A program made the translations under genes and the position numbers. The notes beneath the pieces were generated by a model. That model was not told where the DNA came from and ran no database searches. It saw nothing but the letters and a program-made list of their open reading frames with translations. From Candidatus Hadarchaeota archaeon (GTDB lineage: Archaea; Hadarchaeota; Hadarchaeia; Hadarchaeales; JAGGTB01), in assembly GCA_964384105.1 (NCBI GenBank), contig CAYLJV010000001.1, forward strand, positions 640,001 to 704,000: a stretch of 64,000 nt of DNA. The letters are read 5' to 3'. Below, one piece after another: positions 28,990 to 38,703 of the stretch; position 1 is the stretch's first letter; each line of letters opens with the position of its first letter.

Positions 28990-29151
28990 TTAAATTGTGC
29001 TAAGTTCGCCGCTTTGAATCTTTTCCACTAGAACGTTCCAATGGTCTTTGGAAAGTTCTAACTTCTCGTTTCCTTCTCCGATCGATGCACCATTCTCTGT
29101 CACCTTTACGGTTGGGCAACAGCCTTTTCCCGAGCATAGAGAAACTTCCAT
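28990..29151 (-). CDS. unannotated 53-aa Cys-rich protein MEVSLCSGKGCCPTVKVTENGASIGEGNEKLELSKDHWNVLVEKIQSGELSTI
   Basis: Read directly from the sequence; perfect SD GGAGGTGA 5 nt upstream of ATG; fills an otherwise empty gap; below the ORF-track length cutoff. Confidence 0.8.
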   Translation of the reverse strand: MEVSLCSGKGCCPTVKVTENGASIGEGNEKLELSKDHWNVLVEKIQSGELSTI

Positions 29152-29318
29152 ATTATTCACCTCCCAATTCTGATATTCTTCTATTCGAATATTATTAAGT
29201 TTTTACTTTTTATCAGTATTCTTCTCTTATGTAATCTTGGAAGTCACTATTAATAGTTTCAATCTTTATTTGAAAAGGGTTATCAAAAATTTTGGAAAAG
29301 GAATAAGGAGATTGAATT

Positions 29319-31490
29319 ATGGAAATAACTGAGGTTAAGAATAGATACGGGCTTCCAGAGGAAATTGCTGAGGTACTAAAAGAGGAAGGAATAACAAAGC
29401 TGTATCCACCCCAGTCAGAGGCTGTTAAGAAAGGTGTTTTAGAGGGTGAGAATCTTGTCCTTGCAATTCCTACAGCTGCTGGAAAAACATTAGTTTCAGA
29501 ACTTTGTATGCTGAAATCTATTCTGGAGGAGGGCGGGAGCTGTCTCTATACAGTCCCTTTACGGGCTCTCGCGAGCGAAAAGTACGAAGAATTTAAGAAA
29601 AAATATGGGCCACTCGGTATAAAAGTGGGCATTGCAACTGGTGATTATGATGTTCCTAGTTCCGATTTGGCAAAGTACGATATACTGGTAGCTACTTCCG
29701 AAAAAGTAGACTCCCTTCTGAGACATAGGGCTAGTTGGTTAGCTGATTTGACTACTGTTGCAGTTTTTGATGAGATTCATCTTTTGGATGATTCAGGTAG
29801 AGGACCAACTCTGGAAATTTTAATTGCAAGACTTCGTCAGATCAACCCATCCCTTCAGATTTTGGGTCTGAGTGCCACTATTAGCAACTCTCAGGAGATA
29901 GCGGATTGGCTAGATGCTCGTCATCTGAAAAGTGAGTGGAGACCGGTTCCGTTGAAAGAGGGAGTTTATTGTAAGGGGAAGATTGTCTTTGAGGATTTAT
30001 CTGAGAGAAAAATAGAGGATTCTGCAAAAGATAATGTTTCTAAGCTTGCTCTCGATACTTTGAGAAACGGGGAGGGACAAGTTCTGGTTTTTGTTAGTAC
30101 GAGAAAATCCACGGAAGTTGCTGCAAGAAGGGTTTCCAAAAAAATAAAGGAGGTTCTTTCTTCAAAAGAAAAGGAGGAACTTACTGAGATCGCAAGAGAA
30201 ATTGAAGTTGCTCTTGGAGAACCTACTGAAACGTGTAAAAAATTAGCTAGATATGTTGAGAAGGGTGCTGCCTTTCATCATGCGGGCCTTCATCATAAAC
30301 AGAGATCTATTGTTGAGGACGCATTCAGAAAAAATTTAGTTAAGGTTGTGTGCGCTACACCGACACTCGCAGCAGGAGTAAATCTACCGTCTCAAAGGGT
30401 TATTATTAGAGATTATAAGAGATACTCCCCACCTTACGGTATGCAGCCGATACCTGTTTTGGAGTATAAACAGCAGGCAGGCAGAGCTGGTAGACCCGGA
30501 TACGATGAGTATGGAGAATCTGTTTTGATATCGAGTTCGAAAAGTGAACTAGAGAAATTATTCGAGGGCTACATTGATGCAGATCCTGAGAGAATAAGAT
30601 CAAAACTTGCTTCCGAACCTGCGATCAGAAGTCATGTTTTGGGGTCTATAGCTGCGGGTTATGTAAATAGTCTAGACTCTATGCTTGATTTCATTGGCCA
30701 AACCTTTTTTGCTTACCAATTCTCTGCTGATCGAGTCTCGAGCACTGTTGAGAAAGTATTAGACTTTTTGAAAGAGGAGGACATGATTTCGGATAGAGGG
30801 AGATGGCTAAGTGCGACGAAATTTGGAAGAAAAGTCTCCCAACTCTACATTGATCCTTTATCTGGAGTGGAGATCAGAGATGCACTCCTTAATGCAAAAT
30901 CGAGAGGTCCATCTGAAATAGGATTTCTTCACGCAATTTGTGCTACTCCCGATATGAATACCCTCTATCTTCGAAAGGGTGATGAGGGAGATCTTGATCT
31001 ATTCGTGTCTGATTACGATGCTGCTGGGAAGTTTTTAATTGATCCACCAGAAAGGTGGAAACAGCCGCAAAAATATGAATTCTATCTCGCAGAAGTCAAG
31101 ACTGCGAAGATGTTAAGAGACTGGGCCAATGAGAAACCTGAAGATCAAATTCATGAGAAATATGGTATTGGAGCCGGAGATATTAGAAGAAAGGTGAGTA
31201 CAGCTGAGTGGCTATTACACGCAGGATATGAAATTGCAAAGCTTTTTAAAATCGGCAATTCGATTAGACCGCTTCAAGATTTAAGGAAGAGGGTAAGGTA
31301 CGGAATCAAGGAAGAACTTTTAGAATTAGTTAGTTTGAGAGGTCTGGGAAGAGTTAGAGCTAGAAGTCTTTATAACTCAGGCTACAAGAATAAGCAAGAC
31401 CTCAAAAAAGCGAGATTAGAAGAACTTACTAGAGTCAGTCATATTGGAAAGGAGACTGCAAACCGAATTTTGAAACAGGTACAAAGTTAA
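29319..31490 (+). CDS. hel308: Ski2-like DNA helicase Hel308/Hjm
   Basis: Q-motif LYPPQ, PTAAGKT, PLRALASEK, DEIH, LSAT, FHHAGL, TPTLAAGVNLP, QQAGRAGRP, C-terminal GRVRAR.L. Confidence 0.96.
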   Translation: MEITEVKNRYGLPEEIAEVLKEEGITKLYPPQSEAVKKGVLEGENLVLAIPTAAGKTLVSELCMLKSILEEGGSCLYTVPLRALASEKYEEFKKKYGPLGIKVGIATGDYDVPSSDLAKYDILVATSEKVDSLLRHRASWLADLTTVAVFDEIHLLDDSGRGPTLEILIARLRQINPSLQILGLSATISNSQEIADWLDARHLKSEWRPVPLKEGVYCKGKIVFEDLSERKIEDSAKDNVSKLALDTLRNGEGQVLVFVSTRKSTEVAARRVSKKIKEVLSSKEKEELTEIAREIEVALGEPTETCKKLARYVEKGAAFHHAGLHHKQRSIVEDAFRKNLVKVVCATPTLAAGVNLPSQRVIIRDYKRYSPPYGMQPIPVLEYKQQAGRAGRPGYDEYGESVLISSSKSELEKLFEGYIDADPERIRSKLASEPAIRSHVLGSIAAGYVNSLDSMLDFIGQTFFAYQFSADRVSSTVEKVLDFLKEEDMISDRGRWLSATKFGRKVSQLYIDPLSGVEIRDALLNAKSRGPSEIGFLHAICATPDMNTLYLRKGDEGDLDLFVSDYDAAGKFLIDPPERWKQPQKYEFYLAEVKTAKMLRDWANEKPEDQIHEKYGIGAGDIRRKVSTAEWLLHAGYEIAKLFKIGNSIRPLQDLRKRVRYGIKEELLELVSLRGLGRVRARSLYNSGYKNKQDLKKARLEELTRVSHIGKETANRILKQVQS

Positions 31491-31585
31491 AAAATTTAGT
31501 TAATTGATTTGGTATTTAGATTCTAGCAAGATGTTTAGGAACTTATTTTTGTTTGGATTATACAAATGTCTACAGGAAGGATAAA

Positions 31586-32971
31586 ATGAGACTTCTCAAA
31601 GATATTTTAGACGAGATTAAACCTACTCGTAAAGAACAAGAAAAGCTTGACGAGGTAGCAGGATGCCTCCTACGAGAAGCAGATAGAGTAGCCTCGGAAT
31701 TAGAAACGGAAATAAAACCTAAGTTAGTTGGCTCTGCAGCTAGGGGAACTTGGTTATCGAGTGAGCGAGATATTGACATTTTTTTGTTGTTTCCTGAAAG
31801 CACAGATAGGGAAAGTCTTGAAAAATTGGGGCTAAAGATTGGGAAAGAGATAGCGGGTGAGAAGGGAAGGGAGCAATATGCTGAACATCCGTATATAAAT
31901 ACTCGAATTAACGGTTTTGATGTTGATATAGTTCCTTGCTACGATGTTGCGGATCCATCTAAAATCAAGAGTTCTGTAGATCGGTCACCCTATCATCAAG
32001 ATTACGTAAAAAGTTGGCTAACTCCCGAAAAGGCCGAAGAGGTTCTTCTTCTCAAAAAATTTTTGAAAGGCATCGGAGTATACGGTTCTGATTTGAAAAT
32101 AAAAGGTTTTTCAGGGTATTTGTGTGAGCTTTTAATTCAATATTCTGGATCATTTTTGAACTTAATGAATGATGTAAGAAACTGGAAAGAACGTAGGGTA
32201 ATAACTCTAGAAGATGGTAGATCGGAGGAGAAGCTGGAAAAAGCTTTTCCAAATCATGCTCTTATTTTTATTGACCCTGTGGATCCAACTAGAAATGTTG
32301 CTGCAGCGGTTTCAAAAAAGAATTATTCTATATTTGTCCGTGCATGTCAGGACTTTATAAAGAGCCCTAGTCGTAAGTATTTTTTTCCAGAAGATCCCTC
32401 TTCGTCCGGAGGGTTGCTGAAAGATAAAATACAGGAGAGAAGAACTAAGATCTTTCTAATTGTCTTTCAACTTTCTGATGGTCTTGTTCCAGATATTGTT
32501 TATCCACAATTAAGAAAAACTGAACGGAGAATCTTGGGGGAATTAGAAAATCTTGAGATAGATGTAATTAGAAGTTCAGTTTGGAATAAAGAGGATAAAG
32601 CTGCTATACTAATTGAAACTAAGTTTTCTACACTCCCACTCGTGAAAGAACACTTGGGCCCACCTATAGGAATTGATGCAGAGCCTTTTATCGAAAAGCA
32701 TTTGGGTTCAGAACGGAGACTTTCTGGTCCTTTTATGAAAAAGGATGGCCGTATGGTTTTTGAGTTAAAACGCGATGAAATACAGATTGATAAGATATTA
32801 AGAAATATTGTTGAATCAAAAGAAGGTTTCGGTTCTCATATACGAAAGTCGATTATTAAAGATAACTACGGAGTTTTTGAGGGTACTGGCATAGTAGATA
32901 AAGCGGAAGAGTTAAGTGCTCTCGAATTTCTGGGAAAATACCTTGATAAATGCCTTCCTTGGTACCGTTAA
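31586..32971 (+). CDS. cca: CCA-adding enzyme (class I)
   Basis: VGSAARGTWL...DIDIF, YAEHPY, DIVPCY, SSVDRSPYH, GFSGYLCELL, DPVDP.RNVAAA; ATG 31586 has an SD. Confidence 0.95.
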   Translation: MRLLKDILDEIKPTRKEQEKLDEVAGCLLREADRVASELETEIKPKLVGSAARGTWLSSERDIDIFLLFPESTDRESLEKLGLKIGKEIAGEKGREQYAEHPYINTRINGFDVDIVPCYDVADPSKIKSSVDRSPYHQDYVKSWLTPEKAEEVLLLKKFLKGIGVYGSDLKIKGFSGYLCELLIQYSGSFLNLMNDVRNWKERRVITLEDGRSEEKLEKAFPNHALIFIDPVDPTRNVAAAVSKKNYSIFVRACQDFIKSPSRKYFFPEDPSSSGGLLKDKIQERRTKIFLIVFQLSDGLVPDIVYPQLRKTERRILGELENLEIDVIRSSVWNKEDKAAILIETKFSTLPLVKEHLGPPIGIDAEPFIEKHLGSERRLSGPFMKKDGRMVFELKRDEIQIDKILRNIVESKEGFGSHIRKSIIKDNYGVFEGTGIVDKAEELSALEFLGKYLDKCLPWYR

Positions 32972-33084
32972 ATCTATCTATCGTTTTAGACAAAAATTAG
33001 TGCCCTAGATTTCTCTTTTTCAGTAAAAGCATGTAGAACTATATATTATGCGGCATAAATTAAAATCAACGATTTTAGTAGGAG

Positions 33085-34446
33085 GTGATAACGATTAAAT
33101 TTAGCGAAAGAGGATTAGCTACCATTAGCGTTGTTGTAATAGCAGTGATAGTTACAGCAGTAGTAGTTGGAGTAGGAACTTACGCTCTAACTCCCAAAGA
33201 CGGAGGAGCAGAAGGAGAAGTCAACAAATCAGACGTTCAGAATTATTTGCAGGGAGCATCAGAAACCGACGTTCGGGATATAGCCCAAAATTCAATCCCA
33301 CAAAGCATAATAGACGAACTAGCCACACCAACCGGAAACGGTGAAGAGCAGGTAACAATCGGGTGGATCTATGGAGGTCCGATAGGGACAGAGGCTTGGA
33401 CAACTGCTACTGATGATTCTAGAATTTGGATGGAAGAAACATACCCGTGGATCGAGACCGTGGTTAGGGAATCTGTAACAGTAGAAGATGTTGTAGATGT
33501 AGCAAAGAGTATGATCGAGGATAGAGGAGCGGATATTATCATGGTAAATTACGAATATGTGGGGCTTCCGCTGGTTGATATTGCCGCGGACTACCCCGAT
33601 GTCTATTTCATGCCGGAAATTGTTGGACAGTTTGAACCCCACGGTGGGATGACGGATGTACCAAATAATGTTGTAAGAGCTAATGGACGGGAATATCAAT
33701 CTATATACCTTTCTGGTATGGTTGCAGGAGCATTAGCCACGAATAACAAGATCGGGTGTGTCGCTTCGATGCCGGCTTCTATGAATTACAGACGGATAAA
33801 CGCTTTCACCCTGGGAGCTAGACGTGTGAATCCACAGGCGGAGGTTCATATCATTTGGCTAGGTAGTTGGTGGGACCCATCAAAAGAAGGTGAAATAGCC
33901 AGAACTTTAGTGGAAGACCGTGACGTCTCCGTACTTTGGGAAACAACAGATTCCCAATCGCCCGTTAGGGTAGCTGCCGAATATGATATACCATTCATAG
34001 GGAAGTCTTTGGACTACGTTCGCGCAGGATGGGCAACTGACGAAGAAGTAGCTGTATGTTACGAGCATAGATGGGAAATAGAGATAATGCAGATTGTGAA
34101 AGACCATCTGGCAGGTGGACCACCAAAGCCAGTTCGCTTCCCGGGCATGGACGAGACTCTATACACTCCTGATGGAGAATATAGAAGTGTTGTAGATCTA
34201 CGTCAGAATGATCGAGTGGGTGTAGAAGCTATTTCACCCCACTGGCGAGATGAAATCTCTCAAGATGTACTCAACGAGATCGAAGAAATGAGAGAAAAGA
34301 TGATTAATGGAAATTGGGATCCATTCATGCAAGAGGTAGTAGATCGTAATGGAGATGTACAGAGTGCAGAAGGAGAGATGCCAACAGGGGAAGAGCTTCT
34401 TTCCATGGACTATTTTGTAGAAGGAGTCATAGGAGCCAAGGAATAA
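33085..34446 (+). CDS. BMP/PnrA-family (nucleoside-type) ABC substrate-binding protein
   Basis: GWIYGGPIG..AWT, A.DYPDV.F, YLSGMVAG, KIG.VA, INAF.LGA..VNP, W.GSWWDP.KE; N-terminal RG plus hydrophobic anchor. Confidence 0.85.
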   Translation: MITIKFSERGLATISVVVIAVIVTAVVVGVGTYALTPKDGGAEGEVNKSDVQNYLQGASETDVRDIAQNSIPQSIIDELATPTGNGEEQVTIGWIYGGPIGTEAWTTATDDSRIWMEETYPWIETVVRESVTVEDVVDVAKSMIEDRGADIIMVNYEYVGLPLVDIAADYPDVYFMPEIVGQFEPHGGMTDVPNNVVRANGREYQSIYLSGMVAGALATNNKIGCVASMPASMNYRRINAFTLGARRVNPQAEVHIIWLGSWWDPSKEGEIARTLVEDRDVSVLWETTDSQSPVRVAAEYDIPFIGKSLDYVRAGWATDEEVAVCYEHRWEIEIMQIVKDHLAGGPPKPVRFPGMDETLYTPDGEYRSVVDLRQNDRVGVEAISPHWRDEISQDVLNEIEEMREKMINGNWDPFMQEVVDRNGDVQSAEGEMPTGEELLSMDYFVEGVIGAKE

Positions 34447-34467
34447 ATAAAATATGTATTCCGGCTC

Positions 34468-34491
34468 TTTTTTCTTTTTTTTCACGTTTTT
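34468..34491 (+). terminator. oligo-T terminator after the binding-protein gene
   Basis: T6-C-T8 run followed by a further T5 downstream of the stop, between convergent genes. Confidence 0.55.
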
Positions 34492-34543
34492 GAAAAATTG
34501 ATTTAAGATTTTTTTATTTAGATAGATAGGCTTATTCATCAAA

Positions 34544-35137
34544 TTAGCCTAATTTTACAGTTTTTAGGTCAGAATATATTGGACCCTCTGGAGTTAGTTC
34601 ACTTTTTTTGAGCTTTATTTCTTCGACTCTCGCTTTACCAAAAGAGGTCTCCGATTCTCGTTCTACAATTGAGCCCAGTTTATCTTTCGCTTTCCCCGAC
34701 TTAACTCTCGCTATTGTGAAATGAGGTATGAAGTCTTTGTCTTCGGAGGGGAAATTTATTTTCTTTAAACTCTGGTTTATTTTCTCTCTGAGTTGCTTCA
34801 TTTTTTCCGAACCTTCAGAAACGCCGGCCCAGATAACTCTGATAAAACTGGGACTTGGGAATATTCCAAGCCCTTGAATTTCAATTTTAAATGGACCTAG
34901 TTTTTTAGTGTCTTCTAGTGCTTTTTTAACGTCTTCAAGTTTATCTTCAGAAATATTCCCCAGAAACCTTAATGTTGAGTGAATATTCTCAGGTTTAACA
35001 GTTTTCAAGTCCGCTCCGGTTCCTTCTAGTTCACTTTGAATAATTTTTAGAGATTTTTGGGCTTTTTCGCTTGACTCTATGGCGATGAATGATCTCGGCA
35101 AGTCTTGATCACCTTTCTGGCCAATTATTCTCATCAA
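34544..35137 (-). CDS. thpR: RNA 2',3'-cyclic phosphodiesterase (2H family, LigT/ThpR)
   Basis: RSFIAI, two HxT motifs (NIHSTLRFLG, FIPHFTIARVK), RVIWAG, S.LTP.GPIY. Confidence 0.93.
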   Translation of the reverse strand: MMRIIGQKGDQDLPRSFIAIESSEKAQKSLKIIQSELEGTGADLKTVKPENIHSTLRFLGNISEDKLEDVKKALEDTKKLGPFKIEIQGLGIFPSPSFIRVIWAGVSEGSEKMKQLREKINQSLKKINFPSEDKDFIPHFTIARVKSGKAKDKLGSIVERESETSFGKARVEEIKLKKSELTPEGPIYSDLKTVKLG

Positions 35138-35163
35138 GGTTTATGAAATTTAGTCCAGATTGG

Positions 35164-36375
35164 TTAGATTATCTCGTTAATCAGAGTATAGAGGTAAGTT
35201 GCAGAAGAGACGTCACCCGCACCGACTGTTGAAAAAAATTTTTCTGCTTTATAACAGGGGGTAGCAATTAGTCTATAATTCTCTGACTCGCTTTGATATC
35301 TATTTTTTATGTGGGTTATAGTCTCCCCTCCTTTTTTAGAATAGATCCGGTTTTTTTTCAGAGTTGAGATGTTCTCAAGGTTGGGATATTCTCCGTTTTC
35401 AACCTTGTAAAGGCCTGCTAAAGCGGCTTTATCTTGGGCTATTTTTATCAAATCCTTTTGAAATAAGGAAGTCAGAGTCAATTGAAAATCAGAGGTATGT
35501 AACCAGATAGTTGAAAGGTTAGGGCTATTCTTTAAAATCACAACCATCGCTTGGATAATAGAGTTTGGGGTTTCTCCCATTGAACTCGCAATTTGGATAA
35601 CCTCGTCTTCGTTGACGGACAATATATCAAAAAGAGCATATATCTTGCACAACCGTTCTCTTTCCACCTTATCCAAACCACCCACTCCTCCAGCGTCTGT
35701 AAAGAGAAGTATGTTTTCCCGTTGTCGAATTTTCTTTATTGTTTGGATGGTAAGTTTGAGATCATCTTTAGTTAGCTCATTTCCAAAAAGTACTTGCCAA
35801 CCTACGAGGCTTAAAGCATTTAACTTTCCAAATTTTTCTTTTGATCTTTTTATTGTATTCGGGAGATTTTTCAAGTATGTTCTGAGTTGGTTTATTCTTC
35901 GTCCTTTTCCTTCTGTGAGTATATATCTATTTTTGTTTTTGACCTGAATTATGTAGGATGCGGGAGCATATTTTTCAAATTTCACAGCCAATTCAAGGTT
36001 CGTATTTTTTAGAGTTTGTTTTTTTCTTTTGGATAGTTTTGATAACGATTTTGGGAAGATACCTCCTAAGAAGATAGTGTCGCAATCGAAATTTTCAAGT
36101 GTTGCAGCTTCCTGGGCTGCGTTTCCTCCAAGAGCATATTCTATTTTTGCTCCCTTATCCCGAGCTAACTTTAACAATTTCTTTGCTTCTTTCCTCTTCC
36201 CATCTATTGGTACCTCTCCACCCGCTCCTGCTGCTATTTTTTGATAGCTTTTTCTTAAGTGGGAAGAGAGCTCTCCGTCGTAATCTCTTGATAAAACTTC
36301 TAATTTTTTTAGTGTAGGAAATGTTATCAAAATATCAATTGTGGATTCTAGTCCTACAGCAATTCTTATTGTCAT
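35164..36375 (-). CDS. divergent ADP-dependent sugar kinase family protein (ribokinase superfamily)
   Basis: LGGNAA, LSLVGWQ (cf. LSGYQ), SVNEDE, LHT, C-terminal STVGAGD anion-hole motif with catalytic Asp. Confidence 0.68.
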   Translation of the reverse strand: MTIRIAVGLESTIDILITFPTLKKLEVLSRDYDGELSSHLRKSYQKIAAGAGGEVPIDGKRKEAKKLLKLARDKGAKIEYALGGNAAQEAATLENFDCDTIFLGGIFPKSLSKLSKRKKQTLKNTNLELAVKFEKYAPASYIIQVKNKNRYILTEGKGRRINQLRTYLKNLPNTIKRSKEKFGKLNALSLVGWQVLFGNELTKDDLKLTIQTIKKIRQRENILLFTDAGGVGGLDKVERERLCKIYALFDILSVNEDEVIQIASSMGETPNSIIQAMVVILKNSPNLSTIWLHTSDFQLTLTSLFQKDLIKIAQDKAALAGLYKVENGEYPNLENISTLKKNRIYSKKGGETITHIKNRYQSESENYRLIATPCYKAEKFFSTVGAGDVSSATYLYTLINEII

Positions 36376-36389
36376 TAATAATCCCGAAA

Positions 36390-36815
36390 TTAAAATTTCC
36401 AGAGTGATAGTCCTGTCGTGTCGTCTGGTTCCCTACTTAGTTTTGGACCTTTCAGCACTTGAATATGTATCTCAGCTGCGAAAACAGTACTTTCAGACAA
36501 GTGACCACCTTTAGCTTTTCCACTGTCATCAGAGACGACAGCATGAGAGTGTACGAATGTTTCTCCGTTTATCGAGGAGATGTTCCCAACGCAACTTGCT
36601 ATTTCACATGGGTTATCAACAGAGATTTCTTGGTATTTTTGCGTGTCTTGATTATAGAAACCGAGTCTTGCCCGCTTCAAAGCTCCTATTGCGGTAAACA
36701 TACCAACTTTAATCTTCTCTTTTTTTGCAATGTTTTTGATAAATTCAACAAGATCTGCATCGTGCTCTGCTCTAGCGATAATATATTTTCCAGGTTCGTA
36801 TTCTGAGTAGTTCAA
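36390..36815 (-). CDS. PPC/DUF296 domain protein
   Basis: AIGAL, EIASCVGNIS, H.HAV, GGHL, VFAAEI. Confidence 0.9.
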   Translation of the reverse strand: MNYSEYEPGKYIIARAEHDADLVEFIKNIAKKEKIKVGMFTAIGALKRARLGFYNQDTQKYQEISVDNPCEIASCVGNISSINGETFVHSHAVVSDDSGKAKGGHLSESTVFAAEIHIQVLKGPKLSREPDDTTGLSLWKF

Positions 36816-36895
36816 TTATTATACACCAATTTAATTTGTTCAAGGTAGTTAAAATGTTAATCTATTATTTCTTTGAAGGAATAGGTTCTAAGATT

Positions 36896-37921
36896 TTATA
36901 GATCCCAATATGGTCCTAATGCTTTTTTAACGTCTTTGAAGAAAGGGGTGGGAGTTCCTTCGGGTATATCATCTACTTTTTCCCCAGTCATGGCTTTTGC
37001 TATTTCCAAAATGGAATCAGAGGAAGCTTCGATTGAATATCCCCCCTCTAAGGTGAAAATAATCTTGTCCCCACATAATTTTTTTGCTTGCTCGATTGAT
37101 CGTTTAGACAGCCAACCGAAAGCGCTGGTTGATAATTCTATATTAGTAAGGGGGTCATTTTTGTGGGCATCTAATCCCACAGATACTAGAATCATATCTG
37201 GCTTAAACTGATTGCACAATGGAACAAAAAGTTCATTTAGTGCAGCAGCATAGTTCTCGTCCTTGCTTCCAGGGTTGAATGGTACATTTACGGTGTACCC
37301 CTCTCCCTCTTCAGAACCAATTTCCTTAGGGAATCCTGTACCCGGATAAAGTGTACGACCATTTTGGTGAAACGAGATATAAAGAACGCTGTTGGTAGAA
37401 TAGAATATTTCCTGAGTTCCATTGCCATGGTGAGCATCAAAGTCGAAGATTAGTGCTTTATTTATTTGGTCCTTTTTTAGCAAACTCTCTGTGGCAATCG
37501 CTATATTGTTAAAATAGCAAAAACCGCCCCCACCGTTGCTTGTAGCATGGTGCCCCGGCGGTCTAACCAATGCGAATCCGTTTTCAAATTTCCCCTCAAA
37601 CACGTCCATGGTAGTTTTTACGGTGCCGCCTGCGGCCAAGCTTGCTATTTCAAATGTGTTGCGATTTATGGGTGTATCAGACGTTAGCAGTCCACCACCC
37701 TTTTCACTGATATCCTTAATTTTTTTGATATAGGATTTGGTGTGAGCTAATTCTAGATCTTGGATATTTGCGGCATAAGGTTCAGAAATTTCTAGTTTTT
37801 TTATAAAAGCAGAGTTTCTAATTCTCTTTATTGATTTTCCGACCCTTTCAGGTTTTTCGGGGTGGTTCGGTCCAGTGTCGTGTTCAAGATATTTTTCAGA
37901 ATAGGTTATTTCAGATACCAT
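36896..37921 (-). CDS. Zn-dependent histone deacetylase-family protein
   Basis: HPE.PER, RPPGHHA, GFCYFNN, DFDAHHGNGTQ, YPGTG, GLDAH.NDPL, LEGGY. Confidence 0.95.
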   Translation of the reverse strand: MVSEITYSEKYLEHDTGPNHPEKPERVGKSIKRIRNSAFIKKLEISEPYAANIQDLELAHTKSYIKKIKDISEKGGGLLTSDTPINRNTFEIASLAAGGTVKTTMDVFEGKFENGFALVRPPGHHATSNGGGGFCYFNNIAIATESLLKKDQINKALIFDFDAHHGNGTQEIFYSTNSVLYISFHQNGRTLYPGTGFPKEIGSEEGEGYTVNVPFNPGSKDENYAAALNELFVPLCNQFKPDMILVSVGLDAHKNDPLTNIELSTSAFGWLSKRSIEQAKKLCGDKIIFTLEGGYSIEASSDSILEIAKAMTGEKVDDIPEGTPTPFFKDVKKALGPYWDL

Positions 37922-37973
37922 AATGTATCATTTATCAATTGAGCATCAAGTTAAATAAATCGACTTACATTAA

Positions 37974-38648
37974 TCAATATTTTTCCGCAAGTTTAGCTTC
38001 TTTGATTTTCAAGTGTCCCCTGTCTTTCTCCCAAGTTCTTTCTATTTTTTGGGGCACTATTTTTTGTTTGAAGAAAGGGGTATCGAGAGCTGTAGTTTCG
38101 TATTCTCCTCCTTCTCCAGCTATATGAATACCGAATTTTTTATGCAGTTTTTGAAGTTCATTGATCGTATTAGTGTCAAGTCTTCTCCCAAGCCAGTTGG
38201 AATTTAGACCTGCTGCGGATACAGAAGTTATGATTACTTCGAAACCTTCTTCGTTCAGATTTTTTAGGTGGCTGACCGGTTCCAGGTTCCAAATAGGGGA
38301 TAATAATCTAAGATTGAGTTCTTCACAGATTTTTTCGAGTCTTTTTCTCTGATATTCAGAGGCTAGAGCCCCACTGATGACTCCTTCTATCTGGAGTCCA
38401 CTGAGTGTTTTTTTAAGATCCTCCAGTTCTTTTTCTTTTATCCCTTCAGTTTCTTTTCTAATTAGAGGTATATCCGCTGCTTCCGCCGATAACTCCATAA
38501 TTCGGGGATTTGGTTTGTGGAACATCCAAGAATCTCTTCTCTTGGGAACTATCGAGACCATTTTATCTATTTTATGGTCCTCTTTCATTGCAGCCCATAG
38601 CGCATATGCGCTGTCTTTTCCTCCCGAGTACAAAGAAGCCAATTTCAT
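37974..38648 (-). CDS. dph6: diphthine--ammonia ligase family PP-loop ATPase
   Basis: SGGKDS, DSWMFH.PN, GALASEYQ, P.W, GEGGEYET. Confidence 0.85.
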   Translation of the reverse strand: MKLASLYSGGKDSAYALWAAMKEDHKIDKMVSIVPKRRDSWMFHKPNPRIMELSAEAADIPLIRKETEGIKEKELEDLKKTLSGLQIEGVISGALASEYQRKRLEKICEELNLRLLSPIWNLEPVSHLKNLNEEGFEVIITSVSAAGLNSNWLGRRLDTNTINELQKLHKKFGIHIAGEGGEYETTALDTPFFKQKIVPQKIERTWEKDRGHLKIKEAKLAEKY

Positions 38649-38703
38649 GTTTATCTACAAGTAAGAATTAGAGTGAAAGTATTAATTTTACTATCAGAAT
38701 GTT

